From contig CATOTB010000006.1 in the NCBI GenBank assembly GCA_951812945.1, positions 77,335 through 141,334 on the forward strand: a stretch of 64,000 nt of DNA, read 5' to 3'. The DNA comes from Candidatus Dadabacteria bacterium. GTDB taxonomy: Bacteria > Desulfobacterota_D > UBA1144 > Nemesobacterales > Nemesobacteraceae. Below, in pieces: positions 1-11,100 of the stretch. Within the stretch, counting starts at the first letter, position 1. Each line of letters begins with the position of its first letter. The position numbers and the translations under genes are program-made. A model generated the notes under the pieces. The model did no database searches. It was not told where the DNA came from and saw nothing but the letters and a program-made list of their open reading frames with translations.

Positions 1-330
1 CCCTACATTGCTGATCTTCCCGATATCGTTTTGCCGGAGAAAGAGCTTGTCTACACGAAAATGGAATCCCTGATCAGGCATTTCGTTCTGGTTTACAACG
101 GTTTCGAGACTCCTCCGGGGGAGATATACCACGCCGTGGAGAACCCCAAGGGAGAGCTTGGTTACTACATAGTAAGCGACGGTACGGGAAAACCCTACAG
201 GATGCGGGTTCGTGGGCCGTCGTTTGTGAACCTGCAGGCCCTTCCAGATATGGTAAAGGGGGGATTTGTCTCCGATGTCGTTGCTGCGATAGGCAGCATC
301 GACATAGTGCTCGGGGAAGTCGACAGGTAG
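1..330 (+). CDS. nuoD: NADH-quinone oxidoreductase subunit D, 3' part (5' end outside window)
   Basis: Frame open from base 1; [19 protein letters not shown] and C-terminal [13 protein letters not shown] are NuoD signatures. Confidence 0.93.
   Translation, partial: PYIADLPDIVLPEKELVYTKMESLIRHFVLVYNGFETPPGEIYHAVENPKGELGYYIVSDGTGKPYRMRVRGPSFVNLQALPDMVKGGFVSDVVAAIGSIDIVLGEVDR
292..330 (+). repeat. nuoD 3' end, copy 1 of a direct repeat
   Basis: ggcagcatcgacatagtgctcggggaagtcgacaggtag; 28 bp (296-323) identical to 1080-1107. Confidence 0.92.
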
Positions 331-384
331 GAGTGAGGAGAAAAGACCTGCTTCTTCCGTTTTCTTACATTCTTCCGAAGTGCC

Positions 385-424
385 TTGACACGACATGACC
401 GGTCATGAATACTGGTCATATGAC
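385..424 (+). promoter_or_regulatory. Sigma70-type promoter with operator palindromes for the TA operon, probably leaderless
   Basis: TTGACA (385-390), 17 bp, AATACT (408-413), ATG at 420; perfect palindromes CATGACCGGTCATG (394-407) and GTCATATGAC (415-424). Confidence 0.7.
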
Positions 425-656
425 AACCATTAATGCATCTGATTTCAAGGCACGGTGCCTGGCCATCCTCGATCGCGTTCATGAGACCGGCGAACGGGTG
501 GTTATCCTGAAGCGTGGTAAGCCAGTTGCAGAGCTGTCACGTGTGGTCAGCGAGGGAAACCGGTATCCTCAGAGTGAACTGGAGGGGACGGTCATCATAG
601 CTGGCGATGTCATGGAACCGGTGTTTCCAGAGGAGCAGTGGGACAGCCTGAAGTGA
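420..656 (+). CDS. Phd/YefM-family antitoxin
   Basis: MTTINASDFKARCLAILDRV...ERVVILKRGKPVAEL pattern; stop overlaps the toxin start (GTGA); start 420 preferred to 405 because of the promoter position. Confidence 0.88.
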   Translation: MTTINASDFKARCLAILDRVHETGERVVILKRGKPVAELSRVVSEGNRYPQSELEGTVIIAGDVMEPVFPEEQWDSLK

Positions 657-1054
657 AGAATGTGTTGCTCGACACACATATCCTGCTGTGGTGGCATGGA
701 GACCGCCGTCGGCTGTCTCGGGATCAACAGGACGTTATTGCGTCTGCCGACGCAGACTCGCCGTTGCAGGTATCCGATATTTCGCTTTGGGAAGTGGCGA
801 CGCTGCACAGTCTGGGTCGTATTCGCCTGAAGATTCCCCTCCGGGAATGGTTGGAGAAAGCGGTTGCACCTCCGCTGGTGCGGCGACATGGCATCTCCCC
901 GGCGGTAGCGGCCGAGTTAGTGTCGTTGCCGGATTCCTTTCATCGCGATCCGGCAGACCGCATTCTCGTGGCGACCGCCCGTGTGCTCGGCGCGACGCTT
1001 CTGACTCAGGACCACAGAATCGTCGAAGCTGAACTGGTTGACACGCTGAGCTGA
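653..1054 (+). CDS. vapC: VapC-family PIN-domain toxin
   Basis: LLDTHILLW, SLWE and HRDPADRILVATA motifs; coupled to the antitoxin. Confidence 0.9.
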   Translation: MKNVLLDTHILLWWHGDRRRLSRDQQDVIASADADSPLQVSDISLWEVATLHSLGRIRLKIPLREWLEKAVAPPLVRRHGISPAVAAELVSLPDSFHRDPADRILVATARVLGATLLTQDHRIVEAELVDTLS

Positions 1055-1075
1055 TATCGAGGTAAGCGGGTCGGC

Positions 1076-1114
1076 GGCGGCATCGACATAGTGCTCGGGG
1101 AAGTCGATCGCTGA
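1076..1114 (+). repeat. nuoD 3' end, orphan copy 2 encoding [12 protein letters not shown]
   Basis: ggcggcatcgacatagtgctcggggaagtcgatcgctga; 33/39 nt identical to 292-330. Confidence 0.92.
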
Positions 1115-1247
1115 TTAAATTAGGAAAAACTGCCGCAACCTTTGGGTTGTTTACGTCTCTCTCCGTTGGCCGCGTGCTCATTTGACGCAATCTCGGAACA
1201 CCGGCTACTCTTTACGCCAGCGATGAAACCTGATTGGGAGGTTCAGC

Positions 1248-2996
1248 TTGGCGTCAACCCCTACAAACGACCACATCCGCTACGAGCCGGATGAGAAGTG
1301 CACGCCGCTCTCGTCCTTCGTCGTCGGCATACAGGGCATCGTGCTCGTGCTACCGCTTGCGGTTTCGATAGTGGTTATCAATGTTCTGGCGACCGGCCAG
1401 GACGAAGCATACCTGACCTGGTCCGTATTCTCGGCGCTGATAATCGTCGCGATAGTCACCGCGCTGCAAGCCTCCAGGATAGGTCGATTTGGCGCGGGGC
1501 ATCTGGTCGTCATGGGAGTGACGCCCAACTACATCCCGCTGTCGGTGCTCGCCTTGGATGAGGGAGGGCCAGCGATGCTGGCCAGCCTGATGGTTGTGTC
1601 CGCGTTCTTTTTCTTTGCGATAGCGACAAGGCTTCCGCAACTGCGGCGCGTGATAACGCCGACTGTGTCAGGCACAGTTCTTATGCTGATAGCCGTGATG
1701 GTGCTGCCCATCTGTTTGGATCGATTCGGGGAAGTACCGGAGGGTGCGCCGACATCCGCTGGGCTGTGCGTAGCTTTGGTAACGCTTGTGGTATCCACGG
1801 CGCTGATGCTGCGCGCCCCGAGGCGCTGGCGTCCGTGGTCCATACTGATCGGATTTGTGTCCGGCTGCATGGTCGCTGCCCTGTTGGGAGTGTACGACCT
1901 GGAGCCACTGTACACAGCACCGTGGGTCGGCATTCCCCAAGTCGGTTTCCAGGGATTGGACCTTACACTGACTGCCGGATTCTGGGCGCTGCTGCCGATG
2001 TTCTTGATTGTCACTCTGGTGCAGGCGATCAAAGGCATTGGAGACAACGTGGTGATTCAGCGGGTGTCGCGGCGCAGACCGAGGACGACCGATTTCCGGC
2101 TGCTGCAAGGTTCGCTCTACTCAAATGGGGTGGGTGTTTTGCTGTCGGGTCTTGCCGGAACGCCTCCTGCATCGCCATATTCGTCATTCACGGCGTCGGT
2201 CGTGAACATGACGGGAGTTGCCGCCCGCAATGTGGGATACGTCATAGCGATCATACTTCTGGGACTGGCATTGCTGCCAAAGTTCACGGGCGCGCTGCTC
2301 ACCATACCCAGTCCGGTGATGGGGGCATTTCTCTTGGTTGCTGTGGGAATATTTTTTGTCGAGGGAATACAGACTATCGTGCGGGACGGACTTGACTTTC
2401 AAAAGACCGTTGTGGTAGGCGTGTCGTTCGCGCTTGGCGCCGGGCTCGAGCAACAAAACATTCTTGAGAACTTGCTGGTGCACCCGTGGGGCACACTGCT
2501 TGGCAACGGCATCACTGTGGGCGCGGCAACGGCGATTGCGCTCAACGCCTTCCTGAATGTGACCAGTCCGCGTTCCAGGAAGCTTGAGATTCGACTGGAC
2601 TTTTCCGACCTGCCACGAATTGATGCCTTCATGCGGGAAGTTGCCGCCGATATGGGCTGGAGCGAGGAGGCGACCCAGCGGCTGCGTTCGGCGGGCGAGG
2701 AGACGCTGTCGAGCCTGTTACAGCCGGACAGCGGATATCCCGCGGATGGTGAGACGGACAAGGCTCCGCGCCTGATCATAGCCGTGCGTCCCGACGGCAG
2801 AGCAGCGGAGATGGAATTCATCTCGACGCTTGAGGACGAGGAGAACTTGGAGGACCGTCTTGCGTATCTGAATGAAGAGGACGAAAGCGTGGATGAGAGG
2901 GAAATATCGTTCCGCCTGCTGCGTCATTATGCTTCATCGGTGCGCCACCGGAAATATCAGGGGATGGATGTCGTTGCGGTGCGGGTCCAAGCGTAA
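1248..2996 (+). CDS. supE: NCS2 (xanthine/uracil) family permease with a soluble C-terminal domain, SupE-like
   Basis: Many TM segments with NCS2-like motifs (ITPTVSGTVLMLI, TIPSPVMGA); TTG start with GGGAGG RBS. Confidence 0.75.
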   Translation: MASTPTNDHIRYEPDEKCTPLSSFVVGIQGIVLVLPLAVSIVVINVLATGQDEAYLTWSVFSALIIVAIVTALQASRIGRFGAGHLVVMGVTPNYIPLSVLALDEGGPAMLASLMVVSAFFFFAIATRLPQLRRVITPTVSGTVLMLIAVMVLPICLDRFGEVPEGAPTSAGLCVALVTLVVSTALMLRAPRRWRPWSILIGFVSGCMVAALLGVYDLEPLYTAPWVGIPQVGFQGLDLTLTAGFWALLPMFLIVTLVQAIKGIGDNVVIQRVSRRRPRTTDFRLLQGSLYSNGVGVLLSGLAGTPPASPYSSFTASVVNMTGVAARNVGYVIAIILLGLALLPKFTGALLTIPSPVMGAFLLVAVGIFFVEGIQTIVRDGLDFQKTVVVGVSFALGAGLEQQNILENLLVHPWGTLLGNGITVGAATAIALNAFLNVTSPRSRKLEIRLDFSDLPRIDAFMREVAADMGWSEEATQRLRSAGEETLSSLLQPDSGYPADGETDKAPRLIIAVRPDGRAAEMEFISTLEDEENLEDRLAYLNEEDESVDEREISFRLLRHYASSVRHRKYQGMDVVAVRVQA

Positions 2997-3039
2997 CGAC
3001 GGCTTGGATTGGCGAGCCAGCGCAAGGGAAAGGTCGAGT

Positions 3040-3945
3040 TTACGTAGTGATAATCGGCTCGATGAACTCAAGCATGGACTTGACGCATTCCTCTGGCTTT
3101 TCCAAGAGAAGAAGGTGCGTAGCGTCAGGCAGGAAGTCGTAGTCTACGGAGGACATATCACTCAGGTCGAGTGTTGGCAGGTATGAGTATGGCAAGGTCG
3201 GGTCAGCCCCGATGACCTTTGTCGGGCAGAGGAGCGACTGAAAGTCCACGAGTACGGCAAAGGCGCTTGCGTACTCTATTATCTGCGCCTGGTACTCAGG
3301 AGGGCAACAAGGTTCATACCCCTCTCCATTCTCACGCTCACGCAGGGTTGTTCTTGCATAAAGATCGAATACCCCGGGCACCACATGCTGGAAGGCTGGA
3401 ATGTAAGGAAGAATGTCCGCAAGTTCTTGCATGGTTTGAAATCGACTCGTGCTTTGACGGATACCTTTGGCCATACGTTTTGCGATATCTTCATAATCCT
3501 TAAAGCTCCGGCCAGGCTTGCAGAGAGGCGGGTCGAACAGAACCCGCGCTGCAAAGTCGCTGCCTTTTTTGGGTGATAGCAGAGTCGCCAGAGCCGCAAT
3601 TGAGTGGAACATGCCTATTCTGGGCTTTGCTCCATAGTGGCGGTCGATAGCCTCAACAATGGTGTCGTTGTCCTGAACCAATGTTGGAAGGCTATGGTTT
3701 TGAAGATCGCCTACCGGATTCCATCCATGGTTTCTGAGATCGTAGATTATTAGGTCGAAATCATTGGTCAGGAGCGACCAGAACGGATAATACAGGTCGA
3801 CTGCGAGGCCGTTGCCGTGGCTCATAACGAGTCGCGGTCCTGACGGATTTCCATGTTGCCGCAGCGTAATGACGGTTTCGTCGTCCACGCGGACATCGTG
3901 GGTGGAAAGCGGCTCAGGTAACTCCCATACGATTTCTGTAGTCAC
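3040..3945 (-). CDS. supD: Alpha/beta-hydrolase, SupD-like
   Basis: SHGNG oxyanion motif, YDLRNHG, FHSI nucleophile elbow, late His (ATHLL); start overlaps the PPTase stop. Confidence 0.8.
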   Translation of the reverse strand: MTTEIVWELPEPLSTHDVRVDDETVITLRQHGNPSGPRLVMSHGNGLAVDLYYPFWSLLTNDFDLIIYDLRNHGWNPVGDLQNHSLPTLVQDNDTIVEAIDRHYGAKPRIGMFHSIAALATLLSPKKGSDFAARVLFDPPLCKPGRSFKDYEDIAKRMAKGIRQSTSRFQTMQELADILPYIPAFQHVVPGVFDLYARTTLRERENGEGYEPCCPPEYQAQIIEYASAFAVLVDFQSLLCPTKVIGADPTLPYSYLPTLDLSDMSSVDYDFLPDATHLLLLEKPEECVKSMLEFIEPIITT

Positions 3946-4715
3946 TGGTAAATTCCTCGTCTTTCTGACACGTTACAGTTCAGTTGCTGTAATGACTGGT
4001 CGCCCAATTGGGACGGGGGAAGCTCATGTGCGATGGCTGCTGAGAAATCCTCGTTGCCAATGTATTCGACGCGCCAGTGCACTTCCGGCAGATGTGGGAA
4101 GCGAAATATGCTTATTCTCTCCTGATGCAAGGCTTGTGGCACTTCGAACTGAGACACATCAAGGGTAAAACCTAGGCCAAGAGCCTTGACGAGGGCTTCC
4201 TTGATGGTCCAGAGTCTGAAGAACAGTTGAACCCTATCCGATCCACGTGCACATGCAAGGGCGGACTGTTCATGAGGACCAAACACGGCTTCGCTCAGTT
4301 CGTCAAAATCCCTTCGGGAGACGCGCTCCTCTACATCCACGCCCAGCCGTCCATGGGGAACAAGAGCTATCAAGCCATGCTTTCTGCTGTGACTGAGGTT
4401 GAAACTGATGGCTGCCGGTTCCCCGTCTACTAGCGCAAACGGCTTTCCATAGTCAGATGAGCCGAAGCTGAGGCGTTCATTGCTGCAACCGAGCTGGCGA
4501 CAGAGGATAGACCGAAGCGCAACACGACACAGAGCAAACCTGCGACGAGGACCTGGGAGCGGATATTGGCGACAGCGCGCCTGCTCTTCCTCATTCAGCC
4601 ATAATAAAGATGATGCCTCACGGCTGGCATTAGGCCTCAGGTCTACATGTATGATGGTAACGGGACCAGCTTTATGGAAGAAACTCCACAAGCACCTTGC
4701 AGCAGAAGTGGACAT
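3942..4715 (-). CDS. supC: Sfp-type 4'-phosphopantetheinyl transferase, SupC-like
   Basis: GKP, FNLSHS, LGVDVE and LWTIKEALVKALG motifs. Confidence 0.92.
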   Translation of the reverse strand: MSTSAARCLWSFFHKAGPVTIIHVDLRPNASREASSLLWLNEEEQARCRQYPLPGPRRRFALCRVALRSILCRQLGCSNERLSFGSSDYGKPFALVDGEPAAISFNLSHSRKHGLIALVPHGRLGVDVEERVSRRDFDELSEAVFGPHEQSALACARGSDRVQLFFRLWTIKEALVKALGLGFTLDVSQFEVPQALHQERISIFRFPHLPEVHWRVEYIGNEDFSAAIAHELPPSQLGDQSLQQLNCNVSERRGIYQ

Positions 4716-4747
4716 CAGATGCCGTTTACCCCTAAAGGAGCGAGGGG

Positions 4748-4993
4748 TTAAGAAGCGTTGGCTTCCAGGTACGCTATCAAGTCTCCAATCGTCGGAATCT
4801 CCCCGGCCTTCTCGGGAAGGAGGGAGACATTGAACTCCTGCTCGATCACTTTGGCGAATGACACTGCGTCCATAGAGGAAACACCCAGGTCAGCAAGGCC
4901 CTTGCCCAGGTCCAGCAACTTGCCTATCGGTTGTCCATCTACCTCCAAGTTTTCGTCTGCAAGTTGTCTCAGCCGCTCTTCAGTTGATGCCAT
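4748..4993 (-). CDS. supB: Stand-alone acyl carrier protein, SupB-like
   Basis: 81 aa, acidic; LGVSSMDAV phosphopantetheinylation motif; TIGDLIAYL end; AAGGAGG RBS. Confidence 0.88.
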   Translation of the reverse strand: MASTEERLRQLADENLEVDGQPIGKLLDLGKGLADLGVSSMDAVSFAKVIEQEFNVSLLPEKAGEIPTIGDLIAYLEANAS

Positions 4994-5105
4994 AATATGC
5001 AGTCCTCCTTTTAAGAATTTAAGATATTAGAGCACAATGGTACAATATACAGGTGCTTGGGTCAATCGATTTTTCTCTAGTTTCCTCCGTGACGAGGCAC
5101 CCCAA

Positions 5106-8100
5106 TTACACCCAGTGACGCCTGCGCTGGAACGGATAGGTCGGCAGCGAAATGCGGCGGCGCGACTCCCCGGCGAACATGCCCTCAAAGGAAAGTGCCA
5201 GTCCCGCCTCGTATGCCCCTGCAACCGCTTCCGCAAAACCAGTACTGTCCTCCTCTGAATCCTCGTCGGATGGTCGCATCAGGCTCGCAAGCACGAATGG
5301 TGAGGCGGCAGCTTCCTCTCCGTCCGACGAGTCCGGCCACTGAAGGTTCACCTGCGGTCCCAATACCGCTCCGGGGCCAATCTCCACCACCGTATCCACT
5401 CCCAGCTCGGCAAGCGTGGAAACACCTGTGCCAAACGCCTCAGTTTCGCACGCCTGCGTACGCCAGTACGCCACGTCGAGTGGATTGTCCGCATCCACAA
5501 CTCGCCCCGTAACGCCGCTCACCAGAGTCAGGGATGGAGGTGAGACCGCACTCTCTGCAAATGCCACTTCCAGGCCGTTTAGAGATTGGTTCGGGTCCGC
5601 TCCCGGCAGCGCCGCCATCAGCGTGCCACGAGTCAAGGCAAGGCGCAATCCGTCCTCCAAGGTGAAGACTCCCGCAGCCCACGCCGCGGCAATCTCACCC
5701 GTTCCGTGCCCCAGTGCGACGTTCGGGCGGATCCCAACGCTCGCCCAAAGCGCCGTCAGCGCGCACTCCAATGCATAGAGAGCCGGCTGCGCCCAAGCTG
5801 CATCATTCAAATCGCCCGTTGCTTCGGCGCGCCCGAACATCACATCGAGTAGCGATGCTCCTTTCTCTGCGCGCACCACGGCGTCACAGTGGTCCAAAAC
5901 AGCGCGCACGACCGGCTCGCTGTCGTACAGCGCCTCGCCCATACCAACCCACTGGCTGCCCTCGCCTGTGTATAAGAATGCCACCCTTGTTACAGGCTGT
6001 GGAGCCGGTTTATCAGGCGTAGCGACAGTCTCCGCGAGTTTCGTCAGCCCTGCACGCAGAGACTGCGTATCCCCGAACACTACGGCGGCACGATGGTCAA
6101 AATGGCTGCGTCCGACACTCGCCGTCCACGCTATGTCAGCAAGTGCAGGCGCTTTTGGAGACGACCCGGCAATGTGCTCGTCGAGCCACGACAGGTATTG
6201 TCCCGCCATGTCGCGCAGGGCGCCGTCCGACTTGCCCGATAGCGGCAGGAAACGCACCGTGCGCTCCGTTAGTCCGTCTGTAGCCAGCGGCAGATTCGCA
6301 ACCGGCTCCGGCAGGGAAACGGGCACCGGCAGTGCGGCACCCCTGAGCGACTGCACTCCAGCACTTGCGCTGTCATCCTCTGTCGCGATTCCGTAGCCTT
6401 CCACCACCATATGTGCGTTTGCGCCTGACATGCTGAACGCGCTTACTGCCGCGCGTGGCGGCTTGTCAGAATGGGGTGGCCAGTCGGTTTTTTCAGAAGT
6501 TACCCGCACGGGCAGTTGGTCCCAGTTGATTTGTGGATTCGGCTCCTTGAAATGCAGATGTTTCGGAATGACACCCTGCTTCATCGCCAGCACAGCCTTT
6601 ATCAGGCCGGCAACGCCCGCCGCCGTCTCCAGATGTCCGATATTTGACTTTACGGTGCCTATCAGCAGCGGACAGTCGGCGTCGCGCCCTCTGCCGTACA
6701 CCGAGCTGGCTGCGTGTACTTCAATTGCGTCGCCCAATTGGGAACCTGACGCGTGCGCTTCGAGATAGTCAACATCCGTTCCGGTGAGACCCGCCCGAAC
6801 AAGCGCCGCCTCCATAACACGTTCCTGTGCTGGACCGTTCGGGACGGTCAATCCCGCGCTTGTCCCGTTCTGGTTAACAGCAGAACCCTTGATGACGCCC
6901 CATATTCGATCTCCGTCAACCTCCGCCTCGCTCAGCCGTTTTAAAACGAGCATTCCGCAGCCCTCGCCGCGTACATGACCGTCCGCAGAAGCATCAAAGG
7001 GGTGACACTGCCCGCTCGGCGACAGCATCCCCACATCCAGCATGAATCTGGAAACATCGTGCGACAGAGCCGCATGCACGCCTCCGGCGAGAGCCAGGTC
7101 CACCTCGCCCCGCTGTAGCCCACCAACGGCTTGATGCGCCGCAGCCAATGCTGAGGCGCAGGCCATATCGATGGCCATCGCCGGGCCCTCCAGACCCAGT
7201 GCGGACGCGACCCGCCCGGTGGTGATGCTGGCCGTTGTGCCGAGGTGAATGCCAGTCTTACCGCTGGCCTCAATCACATGTCGGTATTCGCTGCCGGCGA
7301 CTCCGGCATACACCGCGGTGCGGCTGCCCCGCAGGCTGTCGGGAGCGATTCCAGCGTCTTCGACAGCCTCCCAACTCGTCTCCAACATCATTCTTTGCTG
7401 TGGGTCCATCATCCGCGCTTCTATCGGCGCAATGTGAAAGAATCGTGAGTCGAACCACTCGATATTCTCAACAAACGCACCGTGCAGGTGTGTGGTGCCC
7501 TCGGAGTTCGAGTCTCCAAAGGCGTCCCTACGCGGATCGCCAGCCTGGCGTCCGTCGGTCACTGCGTCAGTGCCCGATTCCAGAAGATGCCAGTATTCCG
7601 AAAGGTTTTTCGCGCTTGGGAAGCGGCATGCCATGCCGACTATCGCTATGTCGTCATCCTCAGTAGCGACGAGTGGGCGCGGCGGGGGTGCGGCTGTCTC
7701 GGGTGTTGGAGCCGTCCCATCGTCCCCATCCAGTTGACCGAGTTCGTCCGCCAGATAATGCGCTAAGGTTGTGACGTCGGGATAGTCGAAGACAGCTGTG
7801 TTGGAGACGACATACTCGCCCGCGAATGCGCGGTTGAGCCGGTTTCTCAGTTCTACTGCCATCAATGAGTCCATACCCAGATCGAAGAACCCCACCGTTG
7901 GCGTCGGCGCCGACGGCAGCCGCAGAACTGCCTGTACTTCCCCCTGCAGGAATGACACCAGCATGCCTTCGCGTTCCGCCACAGTCGTCTTCCGCACTCT
8001 GGACATCAGGTCGTCCGCCTGAGCGGGCGAGTCGGCGTCGGCCTCGGGACTGGTGGACAGCAGGTCTTCTAGCAGGGAGGGACGGTCTTCGACAGCCTCC

Positions 8101-11100
8101 TCAAAAACTGCCCAGTCCATGGACATCACCACGGAATTCGTTACGTCCTGGCGCACAAGTCTGTCAAACGCCCTGAGACCTTGCTGCGGTGTAAACCAGC
8201 GGCCACCGAGCGCCGCTCGTTGCCGTTCAATCCGGTCTCGTTGTTCCGCCGCTTCGCCGATCTCTGACCACGCCCCCCAGGCAATGGCCTGTCCCGGAAG
8301 CCCCACCGCCCGCCGGTGGGCGGCGAGCTGGTCCAGGAACGCATTGGCTGCGGCGTGGTTTGCCTGGCCCGGATTGCCCATGACGCCAACTCGGCTCGAA
8401 AAGAGGATGAAGAGCTCCAGATCGCGGTCCGCCGTCGCACGGTGCAGGTGCCAAGCGCCCAGCACTTTCGGCCACAGCACCTGCTCGAACCTCTCCCAAC
8501 TCTGGTTCGACAGTGAAGCGTCCGACAACACTCCCACGCTGTGAATCACTCCGCCGAGCGGCGGAAGTTCCCGATCCATCCGCGCCAGCATGTCGTCCAC
8601 AGCTGAGGCATCCGTCACATCTGCCAGTTCCACCCTCACCGTGGACCCGCGTTTACGCAACGAGTCGATCTCTTTTTCAACCTCGGGGTCTGGTGGTCGT
8701 CGTCCATTCAGCACGATCGCCCCCGCACCGTGATCCGCTAACCAGCCGGCCACGGCGCACCCGATACCGCCCAGGCCGCCGGTCACCAAGTAGGTCCGGT
8801 CCTGCCGCAAACCACCCCCCCCCGCAAGCGGTGGTGTCGTCACGACGATCTTCCCGAGGTGCCGGGCCGATCGCATGAATCTCAACGCAGCTCCCGCTTC
8901 GGCCAGGGGCCACCTGCTGTGGATAAGCGGTTTCAGTTCTCCCGCCGTAAGGCGCTCCATCACGTCCCGGAGAACCCTTCCGACCCAAGCCGGCTCAGTC
9001 TTCTTCAAAACATCCAACTCCAGGATGGAGTAGGCAACGTCGGGACGAACTGCCGCCATCTCCTCCTCGCTCAGAATGTCCCGCCTGGCCAATTCCACAA
9101 ACCGGCCACCCTGTGCTAGGCATGACAGACTCGCCTCGATGAATCCCTCTCCCGTCAGGCTGTTGAGCACCACGTCGACTCCTGCGCCGTCCGTGGCCTC
9201 GAGGATCTCTTCCCCGAACTTTGTCGTGCGGCTATCGAACACATGCTCCACACCGATGGAACGGAGATAGGGCTGCTTCGATGCACTCGCCGTGGTATAC
9301 ACCTCGATGCCTACAGCACGCGCCAACTGGATGGCCGCGAGTCCCACACCTCCAGCACCTGCGTGAATCAGCACCCGTTCGCCAGCGTTCAACCCTGAGA
9401 GCTCATACGAGAATGCGGCTGAGACGAACACATTCGGCACCGTGGCGAGACCCGTCACCGAGATTCCCGATGGCGCGGGCGCCACCAATTCCTCCCGTAT
9501 GATCATTTCGGCCGCGAACGCACCACCGAACCCCAATCCAACCACATGATCGCCGGCCGAGACGGTTGACACCTCGGAACCCACATCGAGCACGTGGCCA
9601 CACATCTCCTTGCCTAAGTTCCCCTCTTCAATGAAGCCAAGCGAACGAAATACATCCCAGAAATTCATTCCGGCAGCCTCGACCGCGACGCGGACTTCTT
9701 TCGGCTCCAGGGAACGCTCCGGCAGCGGCTTGACGTAAGGCTTGTCGAATATGCCGTCCGGGTCCGGAGCCAGCACCCAGGCCGACTGCTGCGGCAATGT
9801 TAACCGCTCCGTGTTGGTCCCGGCCCGGACCAGGCGGGCTACCATACGTCGGCCGTAGCGATGTGCGATGTGATTCTCGTGATCGGGATACAGCAGTTCG
9901 TCCGGGAGTTCAGGCGACTGCGTTTTTGAGGGGTCCAGGTCAATCATCCTCGGCTTTAGATGCGCCGCTTCGCGGGACACCACCTTCCCGAAACCCCATA
10001 GCGTCGCGCCGGCAAGTTCCCCGCCAAGCTCCTTCTCCAGCACCTGCGCGCCCCGCGTAAGAAACCACACTCCGTTCTCGGGCACCGCATCGGAGTCAAC
10101 CAGCCCCTGCGTCAACGCCAGTGCGCTCGCCACCGCTCGCCTCGTGTCCTTCGCCATCTCTTCGTTTGTCGCATTCAGGCCGTGGCCGCCCAGCGCCACG
10201 AGGTGCACGACTCCTTTCAGAGGCGCATCCCCGGGTAGGCACTCCAACAGCGATTGCCACGACTCGCGCCGCTCCATGTCCACCGTTGACCGGACAATGC
10301 CGGACCCGTCCACTTCTGAATTCCCGTTCTCCGGGAGTTGATGGTCCGCCAGCACGACTGTCTGGTTGCGTGCGGCCAGATCTGCTGCCAGTTCTTCGGC
10401 CACGCCAGCGCTGTCCGCCGCCAGAACCCAGATGCCCGGTCTTTCGGTCACCTCAGCCGGACCCCGCGCCACGATCACACCCTTATCCGGCATCTCGGCC
10501 GAGTCGGACTCTTCCAACCCCAGCACTTCTATTTCCCCGAAACCCACGTCAGTGAGTACGCGACGCCACACAGCAGGATCCACCAAGGCGTGTTGCGGTC
10601 GGTAGGCATCGGCGAACCGCCACCAGCCGTCCAACGGCCCGAAAGTCAAGTCCATCCAACCCATACCCCTCAGGTTCTCGAGCGCGACCAGCTGTCCTGA
10701 TGGCGCGAGAAGCCGCCGGCAGTGCGCAAGCGTCTCATTTAGGTATTGCGTGGCGTGCAACACATTGGATGCAATCACCAGGTCGTAACCGTGGAAATCG
10801 AATCCCTGCTCCACCGGATCCTTCTCGATATCCAGCATGCGGTAATCTATCGACGCTTCATCGCCTCCGAAGCGCGCCTCTGCTTCCGCAAAGAAGCCCG
10901 CCGAGATATCCGTGTACATGTAGTCGAACCGTCCTTCCGGGAGTTCCGGCAGGATGGCCGCGGTCGCCGACCCTGTACCCGCCCCGACTTCGATCACCCT
11001 GAGGCGTCGGCCGTCGGGCAACCCCGCCACAAGAGTCTGAACCGTTTCTCTCAGTATCCGGTTCGCCGCACGCGCCACCGGAGCTTTTCGATACAGATCG

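Noticed and set aside
1115-1200. Patchy resemblance to the lolA 3' end, which would bracket the sup cluster
   Set aside because: Needs large gaps and does not preserve a lolA reading frame; likely chance or the permease promoter.
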